The position numbers were made by a program, and so were the translations under genes. Below are positions 9,693 to 19,476 of a DNA stretch of 64,000 nt, one piece after another. Under the pieces are notes generated by a model. That model saw only the letters and a program-made list of their open reading frames with translations. It was not told where the DNA came from and ran no database searches. Source of the stretch: Spirochaetia bacterium (GTDB lineage: Bacteria; Spirochaetota; Spirochaetia; SZUA-6; Bin103); NCBI GenBank assembly GCA_965203515.1, contig OZ241907.1:2880001-2944000 (forward strand). Reading direction: 5' to 3'. Each line of letters opens with the position of its first letter. Positions within the stretch are counted from its first letter, which is position 1.

Positions 9693-10488
9693 ACGACGGC
9701 ATAAGGGCGGAGCAGCCAAACCACTGCGGATCGAGGCCATCGGCGCGCATCGCGTCGTCGTCGTGCATCTTGTCGAACGGAATCGAGCCGTTCCTCCGCA
9801 ACTCCGTACCGATCGTAGTTGCATAACGCGCTGCGCATGTCTCCCGCTCGCGCCAGCCGCGTTGGAAATAGCGCTCGGAATCGGACCATCGGCGCCGATC
9901 GACGAAGTGTCCTATCTCGTGGAGCACGGTGCGGTAGAGTTGGGTGGTTCGGATGGAGGCGAGGTTCGGCCGGATGTTCCAGTAGCGACGGTCTCGCACG
10001 ACCTGGTGACCGTCGGCCGCCATCCTGCGTACCTCGAGCTGGCTTTCGGGATCGAGCGAAATCGGCCATCGGAGCTTCGCCGCGGGGTTCTGCGCGTCGA
10101 GGTGTATCGCGCTGCCAGCGAAGCCGGAATCTTGCCTGCCGAACACCAGACGGCCCCAAACCGGCCTCAGCAGATCCTGCCTGCGCGTCGGTTGCCGTAA
10201 CACGATCGAGCAAATCCCGTCCCAATCAGCTGCGGGCACGGCGGCGAGCAGGCGGGCTATGTCTGCCACCGTGCAATGATGGAAGAATCCGCTTATCGGT
10301 CGTTCGACGGCGAACCGGACCTCTCGCCCGGCGACCGTCCGGGACAAGCGTACCGGTTTCTTCAGTATCTGGTAGAAGGATCGATCGCCGGGCGAACGCG
10401 GATGAGGAACCACGTGAACGTTGTCGTGTCCATGGCCCTGCTTTGCCGTACCGATATTTCTGTTGCGACGACGAGGATCCCGACTCAC
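9685..10488 (-). CDS. Hypothetical protein with HExxH zinc-metallopeptidase-like motif
   Basis: GTG start overlaps upstream TGA (GTGA); RTVLHEIGHFVD followed by a downstream E. Confidence 0.65.
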   Translation of the reverse strand: MSRDPRRRNRNIGTAKQGHGHDNVHVVPHPRSPGDRSFYQILKKPVRLSRTVAGREVRFAVERPISGFFHHCTVADIARLLAAVPAADWDGICSIVLRQPTRRQDLLRPVWGRLVFGRQDSGFAGSAIHLDAQNPAAKLRWPISLDPESQLEVRRMAADGHQVVRDRRYWNIRPNLASIRTTQLYRTVLHEIGHFVDRRRWSDSERYFQRGWRERETCAARYATTIGTELRRNGSIPFDKMHDDDAMRADGLDPQWFGCSALMPSFT

Positions 10489-11942
10489 GCCTGCGGTTGC
10501 GCCGCGTCCCACTCGCCGATGGCGGCGGCGGCCGTCTCCAGCACCAGCTCCAGGCCGCCCGGTCCGGGGAGGGAGACCCAGTCCTGATAGAGGTTCCGGC
10601 CGTACAGGCGGCGGGGGAGCAGGTAGGCGAGCGTGCCGTTGGTGACCGCCGAGACCAGGATCGGACGGCCGGGGAAGCGGGCGCGCAGCTCGGTCTGCAG
10701 GGCCGAGTACGGCTCGGCCGGCACGCCGAGCACGAAGGCGCCGCCGATCTGCCAGAGGCCGAGTTCGAACGGCGTGGTGCCGCCGTCCGGCAGGGTCGGC
10801 GCGCGCAGCAGGCGCCGCCGCGCCCGCTCCCGCAGAGCGGTCGCGTCACGGATGGCGATCGGGTCGCCGGCGGCTTCGGCGGCGCGCAACGCGTCGGTAG
10901 CCTGATCGTGCCGCGCCTGCAACGCAGCGGTCGACTCGCGCGGCTTGATCGGCAGGTCGACGTGCAGGGTGCGGCTGCGCACCGCCTCGCCGCGGCCGCC
11001 TGAGGCCGTCTCGATGCCGGCGCGCTTCCAGGCTCCCAGCGTCGCGCCGGAGACGATCGGACCGTCGTACTCGAGCTGCGTCCCCGCCGGCAGCAGCGAC
11101 TCCACGGCGGCGGCGGCGGCGAACCCGAGCCGGCGGCCGTTGGCGTCGGCCACCGCGGTGTCGCCGGTGAATCCTTCACGCGGGCCGGTCTCTCCGCACG
11201 CGCCGAGCATGAACAGGCACGGCGCGCCGAAGGCGTCCTCCATCACCGCGCGCATCGCTCCGACGTAGTCCGGCGAGAGCAGCCGGTTGGTCGGCCCCAA
11301 CGTGGTCGGGTGGCAGCCGTAATTGACCACGGTCGCCAGCGCGCTGCCGTCGCCGGCGCAGACGCGGGCCGCCAGCACGGTGTCGTCCGCGCGCCCGTGC
11401 GGGTTGAACCCGGTGACGTACTGCTGCGAACGCTCGTCCCACGCATCCCGGTTCTGCGCCAGATCGCACGTTCCGGCGCCGAACCCGATCCACGCCGGTT
11501 CCAGCCGGTCGACCGCTTCGGCGGCGGCCTCCGCGCAACGGGCGACGAGCCGGGCGAAGTACGGGCCGATCAGGTCCCCGCCCGGATGGTCATGGAGCGA
11601 GGCGCTGAGATTGGCGCCCGCGTGCGTGTGCGAGAAGGCGATGAGCAGCCGGTCCGCGCTCAGGCCGAGCGCGCCGCGCACCCCGCTGAGGAGCCGGGTC
11701 ATCTCGTCCCGCTCCAACCAGCCCAGGTCGACGGCCAGCAGCACCAGCGGGGCGGCGCCGTCCTGCCGAGCGGCAAGGGCCAGGGCGGTGGCGGCAAAGG
11801 GCCGGTGCACGCCCTCGGCGGTCTCATGCAAGGCCGCGCCGAAGCTGCGGCTCTGGATGCCGACCGGCGGTGTCACGTCGCGCCGGGCGACCCCGGCGCG
11901 GCAGCGGGCGTACGGCTGGCGGTACGGATCGAGCGGGCGCAT
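10485..11942 (-). CDS. Neutral/alkaline ceramidase-like amidohydrolase
   Basis: DVTPP, FSHTHAG, VNYGCHPT, SPDYVG, PAEPY motifs. Confidence 0.75.
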   Translation of the reverse strand: MRPLDPYRQPYARCRAGVARRDVTPPVGIQSRSFGAALHETAEGVHRPFAATALALAARQDGAAPLVLLAVDLGWLERDEMTRLLSGVRGALGLSADRLLIAFSHTHAGANLSASLHDHPGGDLIGPYFARLVARCAEAAAEAVDRLEPAWIGFGAGTCDLAQNRDAWDERSQQYVTGFNPHGRADDTVLAARVCAGDGSALATVVNYGCHPTTLGPTNRLLSPDYVGAMRAVMEDAFGAPCLFMLGACGETGPREGFTGDTAVADANGRRLGFAAAAAVESLLPAGTQLEYDGPIVSGATLGAWKRAGIETASGGRGEAVRSRTLHVDLPIKPRESTAALQARHDQATDALRAAEAAGDPIAIRDATALRERARRRLLRAPTLPDGGTTPFELGLWQIGGAFVLGVPAEPYSALQTELRARFPGRPILVSAVTNGTLAYLLPRRLYGRNLYQDWVSLPGPGGLELVLETAAAAIGEWDAAQPQA

Positions 11943-12005
11943 GGCGCTCCGAATCTACCACCGCAGCGCGTGCTTCGCACCCGCCCGAACCGGTACCATG
12001 CCGGC

Positions 12006-12851
12006 ATGCCCTGGGCGGCGGCGGAACCGGACGTGAAAACCGTGCTTGCGGCCCATCCCGACCCGCTCGCCGCGCTGGCCCGGGCGGACGTCCCGGCCGT
12101 CGTCCTGCGCGGCGCCTACCCGGCCGAGCGGTGCGCCGCGCTGATCGACCGGTTCGCGCAGCGCGGACTCATGGACCGCCGCCTGCTCGACCCCGGCAGC
12201 GCGCAGCCGCGGCGGGTCGACATCGGCACCAGCCTGAGCAACCGCGCGGCCGACAAGGAGGCGTTTCTGGCCCATGCGCGGGAGACCCGCACGCTGTTCG
12301 CCACCCTGTTCGCCGGCTACCCGGACCCGGTGCGGCTGGTCTACGACCGGCTGGCCGAGCTGGCCGCCGGCAAGCGGGTCACCACCGCGTACGAACCGGA
12401 CGGGCGCGCCTACGGGCCGGCGATCTTCCGCATCCACTACGCCGGCCACCGCTACCCGCCGCACGTCGACCACGCCGGCGCGCACGAGCGGCGGATGAGC
12501 TACGCGGTGAGCCGCTTTGACCATCAGTTCGCCGGCGTGTTGTGCATGCAGAACAGTCGATCCGGGGCCCGGCAGTCCGGGAGCCGGTGCAGCATCGCGC
12601 AGTCGATCCTGCACCGCTGCCGGTGGACTCCGGAGCTGGAGCCGTGCCTGCAGCAGGACCGGTTCGCGGATTACGCGCGCGCCAACGCGATCGAACGCTA
12701 TCGGGTCGACCTGGAGCCCGGCGATCTCTACTTCTTCAACACCGGTCTGGTCCACGAGGTGCCGGCGCTGGAGGGCTCGGCGCCCCGCGTCGTGCTGGCG
12801 GTCTTCATCGGCTACTCGGAAGACGATCCGGAGGTGTTCGTCTGGTCATGA
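12006..12851 (+). CDS. 2OG-Fe(II) oxygenase superfamily protein
   Basis: HxD (PPHVD), distal His (LEPGDLYFFNTGLVHEV) and Arg (PRVVLAVF). Confidence 0.7.
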   Translation: MPWAAAEPDVKTVLAAHPDPLAALARADVPAVVLRGAYPAERCAALIDRFAQRGLMDRRLLDPGSAQPRRVDIGTSLSNRAADKEAFLAHARETRTLFATLFAGYPDPVRLVYDRLAELAAGKRVTTAYEPDGRAYGPAIFRIHYAGHRYPPHVDHAGAHERRMSYAVSRFDHQFAGVLCMQNSRSGARQSGSRCSIAQSILHRCRWTPELEPCLQQDRFADYARANAIERYRVDLEPGDLYFFNTGLVHEVPALEGSAPRVVLAVFIGYSEDDPEVFVWS

Positions 12852-12935
12852 CGTGAGGCCGGCGGCGTCCGCGTTTGGCGGTCCGGCGCCGATGGCGTAG
12901 AGTTGGACCCGTTCGACTCAAAAGGAGGACGTACC

Positions 12936-14870
12936 ATGCGGATCGGAAGAATCGAGGCGGCCGCCGCCATTGCGGCGCTCTTGATCGCGCCGGCGGCGGT
13001 GACGGCGGACACCAACGCCCAGGTCTATCAGCTCGACGAGTGGGTGAGCATGGCGGGGCCGATCGACTCGTTCAGCGAAGCGCCCATGCTGGCGAGCATG
13101 GTGGCGGCCGGCGATCTGCCGCCGCTGGCGGAGCGGCTGCCGAGCAACCCGCTGGTGGTCGAGCCGGTCGACGAGATCGGCCGGTACGGCGGCACGTTGC
13201 GCGAGCTGCGGGCCGAAAACGGCCCGATCAACGCCAACCATTGGGTCTGGGAGTACGCGGCCGCCTACTCGCCGGACATGAGCTCGATCTTCCCCAACGC
13301 GCTGGCCGGCTGGGAGTGGAACGACGAGGTGACGTCGATCACGCTCCACCTGCGCGAAGGGATGAAGTGGAGCGACGGCAAGCCGTTCGTCGCCGACGAC
13401 TTCCTGTTCTACTGGAACGACATCGGCCTCAACGAGGAGTTGAACCCGTCGCCGCCGTCGCAGATGCGGTTCGGCGGCGAAGCCGGCTCCATGACCCGGC
13501 TCAGCGACACCGCCGTGCGGATCGACTGGGAGGTGCCGTCCGGGCTGTTCGTGGAGTTCATGGCGCGCTGGCGCCCCGCCAACTACGCGCACTCGGAGTA
13601 TCTGAGGCAGTTCCATCCTGACTACGCGTCGATGGAGTCGATCGAGACGGCGATGAAGGAGGGCGGCTTCGAGACCTGGACCGATCAGTTCATGACGATC
13701 TACAACCCGCAAAACAGCCCCACCGTGCCGGTGATCGGACCGTGGAAGGTCGAGGGCATGCCGACCGATCAGGTGATCACCATGTCGCGCAACCCCTACT
13801 ACTGGAAGGTCGACACGGCCGGCAATCAGCTCCCCTACATCGACTCGATCCAGTCGACCGGCGTACCGGTGGGCGAGGCGGAGCTCTTGAAGATACTGGC
13901 CGGCGAGTCCGATCTGCAGGCGCCCGGCCAGTGGGGCGGCATCGACAACCTGCAGGTGGTGAACCGGAACGCCGCGGACGCCGGCTATCGCCGCATCCAG
14001 TACTGGTGGCCGGGCGGCGAGCAGGGCCTCATCCTCTTCAACTTCTCGCACCAGGACCCGGTGCTGAAGGAGCTCCAGAACGACAAGCGGTTCCGCATCG
14101 CGCTGTCGCACGCCATCGACCGCGACGAGATCAACCAGACCTTCTACAAGGGGCTGGGCGTGCCGTCGCAGCCGACCGTGCAGGCGGGGCCGCCGTTCCA
14201 TGGCGAGAACCTGTTCAAGGTCTATCTCGATCACGACCCGCAGCAGGCCAACGATCTCCTGGACCAGATGGGGCTGGACCGGCGCGACGGCGACGGTTAC
14301 CGCCTGCGCTCCGACGGCGAGCGCCTGCGCATGCAGATCTACGTGATGCCGCTCGGCCAGAGCAACGAGATCGCCGAGCTGTACAAGGACTACTGGAAGG
14401 AGATCGGCATCGAGATCGTCAACCGGGCGGGAACCTGGGACGCGTTCGGCGCGGTATACAACTCCGGCGAGTTCGACCTGATCATGTTCCCGTTCGGCCT
14501 GGCCGGCCGCCCCATGAACCCGCTGGTGCGCGGCGAGGTGGTGCCGGTCGGCACCTGGTTCTCGCCCAATGCGCCGTGGGCCGCGTGGCTCAACAGCGGC
14601 GGCGACGAAGGCGACGAGCCGCCGGCGGCCCTGAAGCGGATCGCCGAGATGCGCGAACGCGCCATCAGCCTGTCGGACGAAGCGGAGGTGGTCGCCCTGA
14701 CGATGGAGATCTTCGCCATCCTGGAAGACGAACTCTACATGATCGGCGCCGTCCGGCCGCCCACGCAGGACTACTACGGCATCGCCAGCACCGCGCTCGG
14801 CAACGTCCCGGACCCGATCATCGCCGAGCACGTCCACGAGGTCCCGGCGCAGTTCTACGTCAAGCGGTAA
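12936..14870 (+). CDS. ABC transporter substrate-binding protein, family 5
   Basis: AGGAGG RBS, signal peptide, GDLPPLAERLP, LREGMKWSDG, RNPYYWKVDTAGNQLPYID. Confidence 0.92.
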   Translation: MRIGRIEAAAAIAALLIAPAAVTADTNAQVYQLDEWVSMAGPIDSFSEAPMLASMVAAGDLPPLAERLPSNPLVVEPVDEIGRYGGTLRELRAENGPINANHWVWEYAAAYSPDMSSIFPNALAGWEWNDEVTSITLHLREGMKWSDGKPFVADDFLFYWNDIGLNEELNPSPPSQMRFGGEAGSMTRLSDTAVRIDWEVPSGLFVEFMARWRPANYAHSEYLRQFHPDYASMESIETAMKEGGFETWTDQFMTIYNPQNSPTVPVIGPWKVEGMPTDQVITMSRNPYYWKVDTAGNQLPYIDSIQSTGVPVGEAELLKILAGESDLQAPGQWGGIDNLQVVNRNAADAGYRRIQYWWPGGEQGLILFNFSHQDPVLKELQNDKRFRIALSHAIDRDEINQTFYKGLGVPSQPTVQAGPPFHGENLFKVYLDHDPQQANDLLDQMGLDRRDGDGYRLRSDGERLRMQIYVMPLGQSNEIAELYKDYWKEIGIEIVNRAGTWDAFGAVYNSGEFDLIMFPFGLAGRPMNPLVRGEVVPVGTWFSPNAPWAAWLNSGGDEGDEPPAALKRIAEMRERAISLSDEAEVVALTMEIFAILEDELYMIGAVRPPTQDYYGIASTALGNVPDPIIAEHVHEVPAQFYVKR

Positions 14871-14900
14871 CCGCGCCGGCCGCGCACGTAACACCGACCG

Positions 14901-14925
14901 GGGAGGAGGGAGGCTCCCTCCTCCC
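14901..14925 (+). terminator. Perfect inverted repeat after the binding-protein gene (probable terminator or mRNA-stabilising hairpin)
   Basis: gggaggagggag-g-ctccctcctccc, 12-bp arms; no U-tract. Confidence 0.55.
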
Positions 14926-14963
14926 TGATGAACTCGAAAATGACGTACACGGAGGGATGACAA

Positions 14964-15500
14964 ATGGACTCATTTGAACGACTAGTTCGAGACTGCGCCA
15001 AGAACAACAGGTCCACCGTGATCGAGAATGCTTCTCAGGAACATGCTCTCGTTCTGATCCGCGTGCTGTTCGAGACCGCGTTGCGCCACAAGGAAGAGAT
15101 CCGTATCGTATCCGGCAGCCTCCTGAAGCCTTTCTATGAGCAGCTCGTCGATACCGCTCGGCAGGCGCTCGACCATGGCGTTCGATTTTCGGTCCTGGTG
15201 CGGACCGGCAAACAGCTCGAAGGCAACGGTTTTGCCGAGCTTATGGCAGAGCACAGCAACGGTAGCATCGCCACGTTGGAGGACGATGATAATAAAGGCC
15301 CTCATTTCGTTGTCGTAGGAGCTCGGCGCTACCGGGTAGAAATGGACGACGAACGCAAGATAGCGCTGGCGGCGTTCAATGACGACACCATCGCCCCGCT
15401 GCTTCAAAAGCTCCATGATGGTTTGACGAAGAAGGCCGGGCCTGTTCACTACGGCGACGACACCGTTGTCTCTTCGAAAGCCACCTGCGTTGCAATCTGA
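14964..15500 (+). CDS. Hypothetical protein, possibly degenerate PLD-like fold
   Basis: GGAGG RBS; IRIVSGSL...PHFVVVG.RRYRVE...A...FND pattern; lower GC. Confidence 0.6.
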   Translation: MDSFERLVRDCAKNNRSTVIENASQEHALVLIRVLFETALRHKEEIRIVSGSLLKPFYEQLVDTARQALDHGVRFSVLVRTGKQLEGNGFAELMAEHSNGSIATLEDDDNKGPHFVVVGARRYRVEMDDERKIALAAFNDDTIAPLLQKLHDGLTKKAGPVHYGDDTVVSSKATCVAI

Positions 15501-16303
15501 TAACGATGCCCGTTCCTTTTGAAGAATGAAAGATCACCGTCCGGTGTAACGACCAAGTGGCCTCCGCGTCCTGGAGAATCCAGCGTCCGGTCGAAACGTC
15601 GGCCCACCGGATTCGGAACTTCGAGTATCTCCTCCACACTGGAGATCTCAACTGACATTTGGCGCTTGAAATACGTCTTCTGTTCGTGCGAGTAGATGGT
15701 CATGATACTCTTAAGAAAGCCATGTTCATACCAACGCCCGATCACATGTCCCGGCACAGGCACGGACAGCAATTCCTCTGCTTCTTCGGCCGTCAACCCT
15801 TTTAAGTACAATACTGTCCGAAAGCGGAAAGTTCGGTAGTCTCCAGCCGTGACGGTCGTTGATTTCGACAATTCTCCGTCCGGAGCCCAGTGGATCGAAC
15901 CGTCCGAGCCGTACTTTCCATGTGTTCCTGGAAACAGAAACTGGAATGTTACAGCATTTACCAAGTCGTTCTTCTTGTGTCGATCATCGACGATCCATCT
16001 GGCTACTTGCAACATCTGTTCTTCGGCATACACTTCGGGAAGTCTTATGATATAGAAACGTCGCTGATCGTCTGGACGATCCCACCGACTTACCTCAATG
16101 ATCTTATGGGCAGGTACGACCTCGACCAACTCCGCTCCGGGAGCGACTTCGCTTGCCTGTTGCCTGTCTCGATCGCCGCAGCCGATCAATCCTACACATG
16201 ATACAATCAAGGCCAAGAGGAACCCGGCCAAGACTCGGCGGTCGTCGGAGCGAAGGTTGCCCAGGGTAAATCGCGCGACGGCGGGCTGCTTCACGGTCGT
16301 CAA
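15449..16303 (-). CDS. Hypothetical lipoprotein
   Basis: Hydrophobic segment ending in lipobox-like LIGC; start overlaps the endonuclease stop; lower GC. Confidence 0.65.
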   Translation of the reverse strand: MTTVKQPAVARFTLGNLRSDDRRVLAGFLLALIVSCVGLIGCGDRDRQQASEVAPGAELVEVVPAHKIIEVSRWDRPDDQRRFYIIRLPEVYAEEQMLQVARWIVDDRHKKNDLVNAVTFQFLFPGTHGKYGSDGSIHWAPDGELSKSTTVTAGDYRTFRFRTVLYLKGLTAEEAEELLSVPVPGHVIGRWYEHGFLKSIMTIYSHEQKTYFKRQMSVEISSVEEILEVPNPVGRRFDRTLDSPGRGGHLVVTPDGDLSFFKRNGHRYQIATQVAFEETTVSSP

Positions 16304-17161
16304 GGATGCGCTCTCACCGGCATGAACGCCGTACTCGTACCGATTCTTCTCTCGAGTAAGGTGAAAATCTCTTCAAGGCGAACCCGTCGGCTCGCCTGCA
16401 ATCCAAGGCACGTTGCGATCCCGTCGGCGTCCGTGCTGAACCGTTCGGCCAATACAAGCCTGTAGAGGTCGCTCTGACTGTCCTCCATCGCGTAGGCGTG
16501 GAAGTGCATCGAGTCACCTGACATCGACGGATTCGCAAGATGGTCGAACCTGAACTCTCGCATCATGTAATGCAGAAGTCTATCTTGCGTCACCAGCACG
16601 AGCCGTTTGTTGACGTGCTCGAACGTCTGAATCTTGTGATGCATCTGCACCAGGGTAGTCTTGGCGGTCATCTTCCAGTTTACACCGAACCGCTTGTTCG
16701 ACGTCTCGCTCTCGTCGCTGCGCCGAACGCCAAGATCGCGCAGTAGACGCTGGCGCTCCGGCCACACGGTTCCCGTCGTGTCGACGGCCTGAAGTTCTAT
16801 TCCTACGAAATCCTTGACGCGATTCTGTCGAACCGATACCAGAAAGTAGTCGACGGTACCGCCCGGTATCCTCACTTCGGAAACAAGATGAAGCTCGTTG
16901 CCCGGCTCATGGGTCGTCAAGAGATGTAAGCAATCCGTGAATACCTGACCCCTATGGATCAACCGCGCAGGACAGATCAGAACGGGGACAGACGACTTGC
17001 CGTAGAGGATGGTACATGTTCCGATAGATGTATCCGGCTCGCTCTTTCGTACCTTGTAGCACCTTCTTTCCCAAAAACGGACATCGTTGCTCCCGAATGA
17101 TGCGGGTCCAGTCATCTCCGATCACGGTTCGTCTGCCGAACAGCTCCGTTACGGAATTCAT
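16300..17161 (-). pseudogene. NotI-family restriction endonuclease, frameshifted
   Basis: ATG 17161 overlaps the MTase stop; MNSVTELFG...RCPFLG continues in another frame as CYKVRKS...GTC...CPAR, VDYFL, IELQAVDTTG, NWKMTAK; one extra base at about 17062-17077. Confidence 0.8.
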
Positions 17162-18321
17162 AGCAGGCCGGTGCATCGTTCCCTGGAAATATCGATATAA
17201 TCTGATGAAATATCTATTCCTACCGACCGGCGCCCCATATTGCGAGCCGCGAGCAGCGTGGTCCCCGTTCCGCAGAATGGATCGAGCACGATCCCGTTCT
17301 CCGGACAGGTAGCCAATATCGGGATGCGACAGAGGTCGACAGGGTACGGTGCGAAGTGCGCCCTTCTACGCTGGGTATCTTCGGGCATTATGTCCCAAAC
17401 GTCGCTGGGCTTGCTGCCGTTCGGATGGTAGCGCAAGAAGTAGAATCCTTTGTCGCGCAACTCCTTTGCGCGCCCCGAAAGCCTTTCACTGTCGGAATGA
17501 GTAGTACGTTGTTGCGCTCGAATGATCATTCTGAAGTCGGCAAATTTGCCGGCCGCCACAGCGGCCATCATCCTTTCCAAGGCTTGCGACGCGTCCGCTT
17601 TCTCATCATCGGTCAATGCGGTAGATAGTTGGATCTGACGCCTGTAGCGCACGCCCGAAACGCCGGTCGCTGAAACGACAGCGCCGTGGACGATCTTTGC
17701 TTCGCGCGGTTTCCGCCGTATCGCGTCGGCGTTGTAGTAGTAACCTTTGGCCAGCTTCACAAAGTGAAACACGTCTTCGTGAGAGGAGCCCAAACGGTCC
17801 TTGGTGTTGTCCATGCCGCTCTTGACCTTATTCCAAATCACGCTGTTGCGCAGTATCCAGCCCTGCCGGTCGATCAATTCAAAGGCAACGCGCCATGGTA
17901 TTCCTACGAGTCCCTTGTTTACATAGCTGTCGCCGATATTGAGCCAGAACGACCCTTGCGGTTTCAGGACTCGCTTCAATTCCTCGCAGATCGCGCACAG
18001 GTCTCGCACGTAGTCGCGGTGATCGGCCTCGATGCCAAGTCCGCCATTTGCGTATTCCCGCTTTCGCCAATAGGGAGGAGATGTCATGACGCAGTCGATC
18101 GATTCCTTCGGAAGCGCCGTCAGTACGGTGAGCGCGTCGCCATGAAGGAGCAACGGACTATAGATCGCGTCGTTCGCATACTGTCGAAACGCCTTGGCGT
18201 AGTGGTCACCGTCTCCGGTACCGAGGCGGCGCGGCGCGGCTTCCGTAGCGGTGGCGTCCGCAGTCGGTGTCACCGCTCGCGTTCTCCAGGCCGGTGGATC
18301 ACGGCCGTCGCGGGGAGGCAT
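17158..18321 (-). CDS. Site-specific DNA methyltransferase, N4-C/N6-A family, beta class
   Basis: Motif IV TSPPY precedes motif I DPFCGTGTT; also WLNIGD, HFAPYP; start may be downstream of 18321. Confidence 0.92.
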   Translation of the reverse strand: MPPRDGRDPPAWRTRAVTPTADATATEAAPRRLGTGDGDHYAKAFRQYANDAIYSPLLLHGDALTVLTALPKESIDCVMTSPPYWRKREYANGGLGIEADHRDYVRDLCAICEELKRVLKPQGSFWLNIGDSYVNKGLVGIPWRVAFELIDRQGWILRNSVIWNKVKSGMDNTKDRLGSSHEDVFHFVKLAKGYYYNADAIRRKPREAKIVHGAVVSATGVSGVRYRRQIQLSTALTDDEKADASQALERMMAAVAAGKFADFRMIIRAQQRTTHSDSERLSGRAKELRDKGFYFLRYHPNGSKPSDVWDIMPEDTQRRRAHFAPYPVDLCRIPILATCPENGIVLDPFCGTGTTLLAARNMGRRSVGIDISSDYIDISRERCTGLL

Positions 18322-18522
18322 CGATCAGGGCGGCGGGCTCGCCGGCCGACAGGAAGAGTCGTCCCGGTCGAGATGGCAGGCAGTCGCGCAGGCAGCGCAT
18401 GGGGCGCCATAGTAGATCGACGGCCGCCGGCTGCGCCAGTGACCGCAATGCGCGGTCTCGTGTCAGCCGGTGGAACGGCTGGCCCCGTGCGGTGCAGCTA
18501 CAGCATAATCGGCTTCTGAACC

Positions 18523-19476
18523 ATGATACGCGTCGAGCATCTCACCAAGCGCTACGGTGAGCGCGTCGCCGTGGACGACGCGAGCTTTTCCGTCGAGCGG
18601 GGCGAGATCGTCGGCTTCCTGGGACCCAACGGCGCCGGCAAGTCGACGACGATGCGCATCATCACCGGCTTTCTCATGCCGACCCGCGGCGACGCGTGGG
18701 TCGGCGGTCACCACATGGCCACCGAGTCGCTGCAGGGGCGCCGGCGCATCGGCTACCTGCCGGAGACGGCGCCCCTGTATGCCGACATGACCACCCGCGC
18801 CTACCTGGAGTACGTGGCCCGCCTGCGCGGGGTGGAACGGCGCGCGGTGCGGGGTCGCGTCGGCGAAGTGGTGGAGCGGTGCGCGCTCGAGGAGTACTAC
18901 GACGTCCTGCTGGCCAAACTGTCCAAGGGCTTCCGCCAGCGGGTCGGGCTGGCGCAGTCGATCATTCACGATCCGGAGGTGCTGATTCTCGATGAGCCGA
19001 CCATCGGCATCGACCCGATCCAGGTAGCGCAGACGCGCCGGTTGATCCGGGAGTTGGGCGAGAACCGCACCATTCTGCTCTCCAGCCACATCTTGCCCGA
19101 GGTGAGCATGGTGTGCGAGCGGGTGATCATCATCCACCAGGGCCGGATCGTGGCCCAGGACAGCATCAAGCAACTCGCCTCCCTGGCGATCGGCGCCGAG
19201 CGGCTGCGGCTGCGCGTGGACGGTCCCGCCGATGCGGTCGGCGCGGCGCTCGACGCAGTTCCGGGCGTCGCCGGCGTGACCTTCCGGCAGCCGGATCACC
19301 TGGTGGAGTTCGCCGCCGGCGAGCGACCGCACGGCGCCATCACCGCCGCCATCGTGGCGCGCGGCTGGACGCTGACCGGCATGGAGACGGTGACGATGAG
19401 CCTGGAGGATATCTTCCTGCAACTCACCGCCGATGACGATGATCCCGACGCCGGCGGCGACGGAGCCGAGGATTGA
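18523..19476 (+). CDS. ABC-2 exporter ATP-binding protein (GldA-like)
   Basis: GPNGAGKS, LSKGFRQRVGLAQ, ILDEPT, SSHILPEV. Confidence 0.92.
   Translation: MIRVEHLTKRYGERVAVDDASFSVERGEIVGFLGPNGAGKSTTMRIITGFLMPTRGDAWVGGHHMATESLQGRRRIGYLPETAPLYADMTTRAYLEYVARLRGVERRAVRGRVGEVVERCALEEYYDVLLAKLSKGFRQRVGLAQSIIHDPEVLILDEPTIGIDPIQVAQTRRLIRELGENRTILLSSHILPEVSMVCERVIIIHQGRIVAQDSIKQLASLAIGAERLRLRVDGPADAVGAALDAVPGVAGVTFRQPDHLVEFAAGERPHGAITAAIVARGWTLTGMETVTMSLEDIFLQLTADDDDPDAGGDGAED

Noticed and set aside
17066..17072. G GGA AAG slippery heptamer at the endonuclease break, suggesting programmed -1 frameshifting
   Set aside because: The downstream coding frame is +1 relative to the start frame, so a -1 slip would not restore the protein.
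14964..18321. Prophage or integrative element
   Set aside because: No integrase, transposase, phage structural gene, tRNA or flanking att repeat was found, so it is called only a lower-GC islet.
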